Positions 61,992-64,000 of a stretch of 64,000 bases of DNA are shown piece by piece. The notes below the pieces were generated by a model. That model saw only the letters and a list, made by a program, of their open reading frames with translations, was not told the origin of the DNA and searched no databases. The position numbers were made by a program, and so were the translations under genes. Position 1 is the stretch's first letter; each line of letters starts with the position of its first letter. This DNA comes from an uncultured Acidobacteriota bacterium (lineage in GTDB: Bacteria > Acidobacteriota > Polarisedimenticolia > J045), in the NCBI GenBank assembly GCA_963702425.1, contig CAVPCQ010000021.1, forward strand, positions 123,118-187,117. The letters run 5' to 3'.

Positions 61992-63839
61992 TCAGAGCGC
62001 CGCGAGCTGGGGGGCCAGCTCGCGTGCGCGGGCTTCGACGTCGGCGACGGTCAGCCCGCCGCTGCTGTCGCGCTCGATCCCGCTGACGACGCTGCGCAGC
62101 GCGCGGGCCGCGACCGCGGCCGCCTGGGCCACGCTGTCGGGGATGTCCTTGGGACCTTGGCAGACGCCGGCGACGAAGATCCCGCCGCGCTCAGTTCCGG
62201 TCGGGTCGGAGTTGTATTCCAGCTCGCGGAAGAAGCCGTGCTCGTCGCGCCCGATGCCCAGCAGCTTTGCCAGGTCCCCGGCGCCCGGTGACGGCTGGAG
62301 GCCGACCGACAGCAGGACCATGTCCACCGGGTGCTCGAGCATCCGCTCGCCGAGGATGTCCTCCCCCTTGACGACCATCTGTCCGTCCTTCTCGATCACC
62401 TTCGCCGAGCGACCGCGCACGACGGCGACCCCTTCATCCTTGATCCGCTCGAAGAAATCCTCGTACCCCTTCCCGAACGCGCGCATGTCGATGTAGAACT
62501 CGTAGCAGCGCGCCTCGGGCAGCTTCTCGCGGACCAGGTGGGCGAACTTCAGCGAGTACATGCAGCAGACGCGCGAGCAGTACGAGTTGTGGTTCCGGTC
62601 GCGTGAGCCGACACAGTGGATGATCGCGACGCTCCGCGGCGCCGGCCCCTCCGGATCGACGACCCATTCGTCGACCTTCTTGCGCTTGTTGAAGCGCCTG
62701 GTCTTCGTCACGATCCGACCGCCGGTCGGACCGGAGGCGTTGGTCAACCGCTCGAATTCGAGCGCAGTGAGAACGTTTGGCAGTTGGCCGTAGCCATAAC
62801 GCTCGATCTTCTCGGCCGGGAAGGGCTCGTAGCCGGTGGCGACGATGATGTTCCCGACATCGCGCACGGTGACCTCGTCCTCGGCGTCGAGGTCGATCGC
62901 CCGCTTGGCGCACTTCTTGACGCACGCGCCGCAGCGCTGCCTCTGGCTCTGGACGTAGACGCAGTTCGCGGCGTCGATCAGGTAGGCGTTGGGTACCGCC
63001 TGCGGGAATGGCATGTAGATCGCCTTGCGCGTCGTGATCCCGGCGTCGAACTCGGACGGGACCACCGTCGGGCAGACCTCCATGCAGGCGTGGCAGGCGA
63101 CGCACGCCACGGGGTCCACGCGCCGGGCGCGGTTCCGGATTTCGACGCGGTAGTTGCCCGGGCTGCCGTCGACCCCGATCACCTCCGACAGCGTCATGAC
63201 CTCGATCATCTCGTGCTGCCCGACGGCGACCATCTTCGGCGTCAGGATGCAGGCCGCGCAGTCGAGCGTCGGGAAGGTCTTGTCGAACATCGCCATGTGG
63301 CCGCCGAGCGTGCCGGTGCGCTCGACCAGAACGACGCGCTGGCCGGCATCGGCGATCTCGAGCGCGGCCTGGATGCCCGCGACGCCGCCGCCGATCACCA
63401 GCGTCCCGGCGTGGACGGCGCGCGTCTCGCGGATCGTCGCCAGGTGGTACGGCACGCCGAGCACGGCGCAAGCGACGGCAGCCTGGGCAGCGTCGGTCGC
63501 GTCGCTGGCGCTGCCGCCGCGACGGTAACGCGCGAGGCGCACCCGCTCCGGGTTGCCGCCGGCGAGTTCCATCGCGCGCGTGAAGGCCGGCTTCAGCGCG
63601 CCGGGATTCACGCCCGCCAGCACGGCGACGTCCAGCTTGTCGCATCGAACCTTCGCCGCGAGCGCGAGCGGATCGGGGCGTGGCACGGACGCGAGGCGCT
63701 CGACGCGCACCACCTCGGGGAGGGCTGCGGCGTAGGCCTGCACCGTGGCCGTATCGACGGGCGGCGCATCGATCGCCGGCCGATCGGTCGGTTCCGAGAT
63801 CAGAAAGACCGCGACGCGCGGAGGGGCGTCGACACTCAT
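61992..63839 (-). CDS. hdrA: Second HdrA-like flavoprotein (degenerate N-terminal domain, inserted ferredoxin, no C-terminal ferredoxin)
   Basis: IGGGVAG, DKTFPTLDCAACILTPKM, CVACHACMEVCP, ALEFERL, CSRVCCMY, PKDIPDSV. Confidence 0.85.
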   Translation of the reverse strand: MSVDAPPRVAVFLISEPTDRPAIDAPPVDTATVQAYAAALPEVVRVERLASVPRPDPLALAAKVRCDKLDVAVLAGVNPGALKPAFTRAMELAGGNPERVRLARYRRGGSASDATDAAQAAVACAVLGVPYHLATIRETRAVHAGTLVIGGGVAGIQAALEIADAGQRVVLVERTGTLGGHMAMFDKTFPTLDCAACILTPKMVAVGQHEMIEVMTLSEVIGVDGSPGNYRVEIRNRARRVDPVACVACHACMEVCPTVVPSEFDAGITTRKAIYMPFPQAVPNAYLIDAANCVYVQSQRQRCGACVKKCAKRAIDLDAEDEVTVRDVGNIIVATGYEPFPAEKIERYGYGQLPNVLTALEFERLTNASGPTGGRIVTKTRRFNKRKKVDEWVVDPEGPAPRSVAIIHCVGSRDRNHNSYCSRVCCMYSLKFAHLVREKLPEARCYEFYIDMRAFGKGYEDFFERIKDEGVAVVRGRSAKVIEKDGQMVVKGEDILGERMLEHPVDMVLLSVGLQPSPGAGDLAKLLGIGRDEHGFFRELEYNSDPTGTERGGIFVAGVCQGPKDIPDSVAQAAAVAARALRSVVSGIERDSSGGLTVADVEARARELAPQLAAL

Positions 63840-64000
63840 CGGGACTCTCCTCGAGGAGCTGCGGAACGCGACGGGGCGCACGGGGCGCCGCAGAAGGCGC
63901 GGGGATCGGGCATGTGTGGGCGCGGCGTTCAGTAGCGCCGCACTCGCGTCCCTCGACGCCGCACGCGAGTTCCGGCGCGCCGGCCCGCCCAACCCAGGGC

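Overview
Very GC-rich bacterial chromosomal segment; the protein repertoire suggests an Acidobacteriota-like or related environmental organism (inference only). No rRNA, tRNA or CRISPR array was seen. Layout: (1) 0-11 kb: end of an OmpR-type regulator, a RAYT-like gene lacking its catalytic Tyr, a 1.5-kaa Cys/Asp-repeat beta-helix surface protein, housekeeping enzymes and a palindromic 58-bp tandem repeat. (2) 11-23 kb: two-component genes and secreted proteins. (3) 23-37 kb: three Cys-type sulfatases, a HAD phosphatase, a two-component pair and an octaheme-TPR protein. (4) 37-51 kb, minus strand, the most notable part: a sigma54-type promoter followed by a His-rich cytochrome-b-like membrane protein, a membrane-anchored ferredoxin fused to a circularly permuted TrxR-type flavoprotein, a ~23-heme cytochrome c, a ~46-heme repetitive cytochrome c and an outer-membrane beta-barrel. 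This is a candidate NAD(P)H-to-exterior electron conduit. It is followed by an adenylate cyclase, a STAS protein and an FNR-box-preceded epsilon-Hao-like octaheme. About 11 single-base frameshifts, probably sequencing errors, hide this operon in the ORF track. (5) 51-56 kb: a cassette of secreted beta-helix proteins and an esterase. (6) 56-64 kb: an HdrA/QmoC-like/HdrA/MvhDGA hydrogenase operon whose two HdrA paralogs carry complementary domains. All product calls come from motif recognition by eye; no database search was run.
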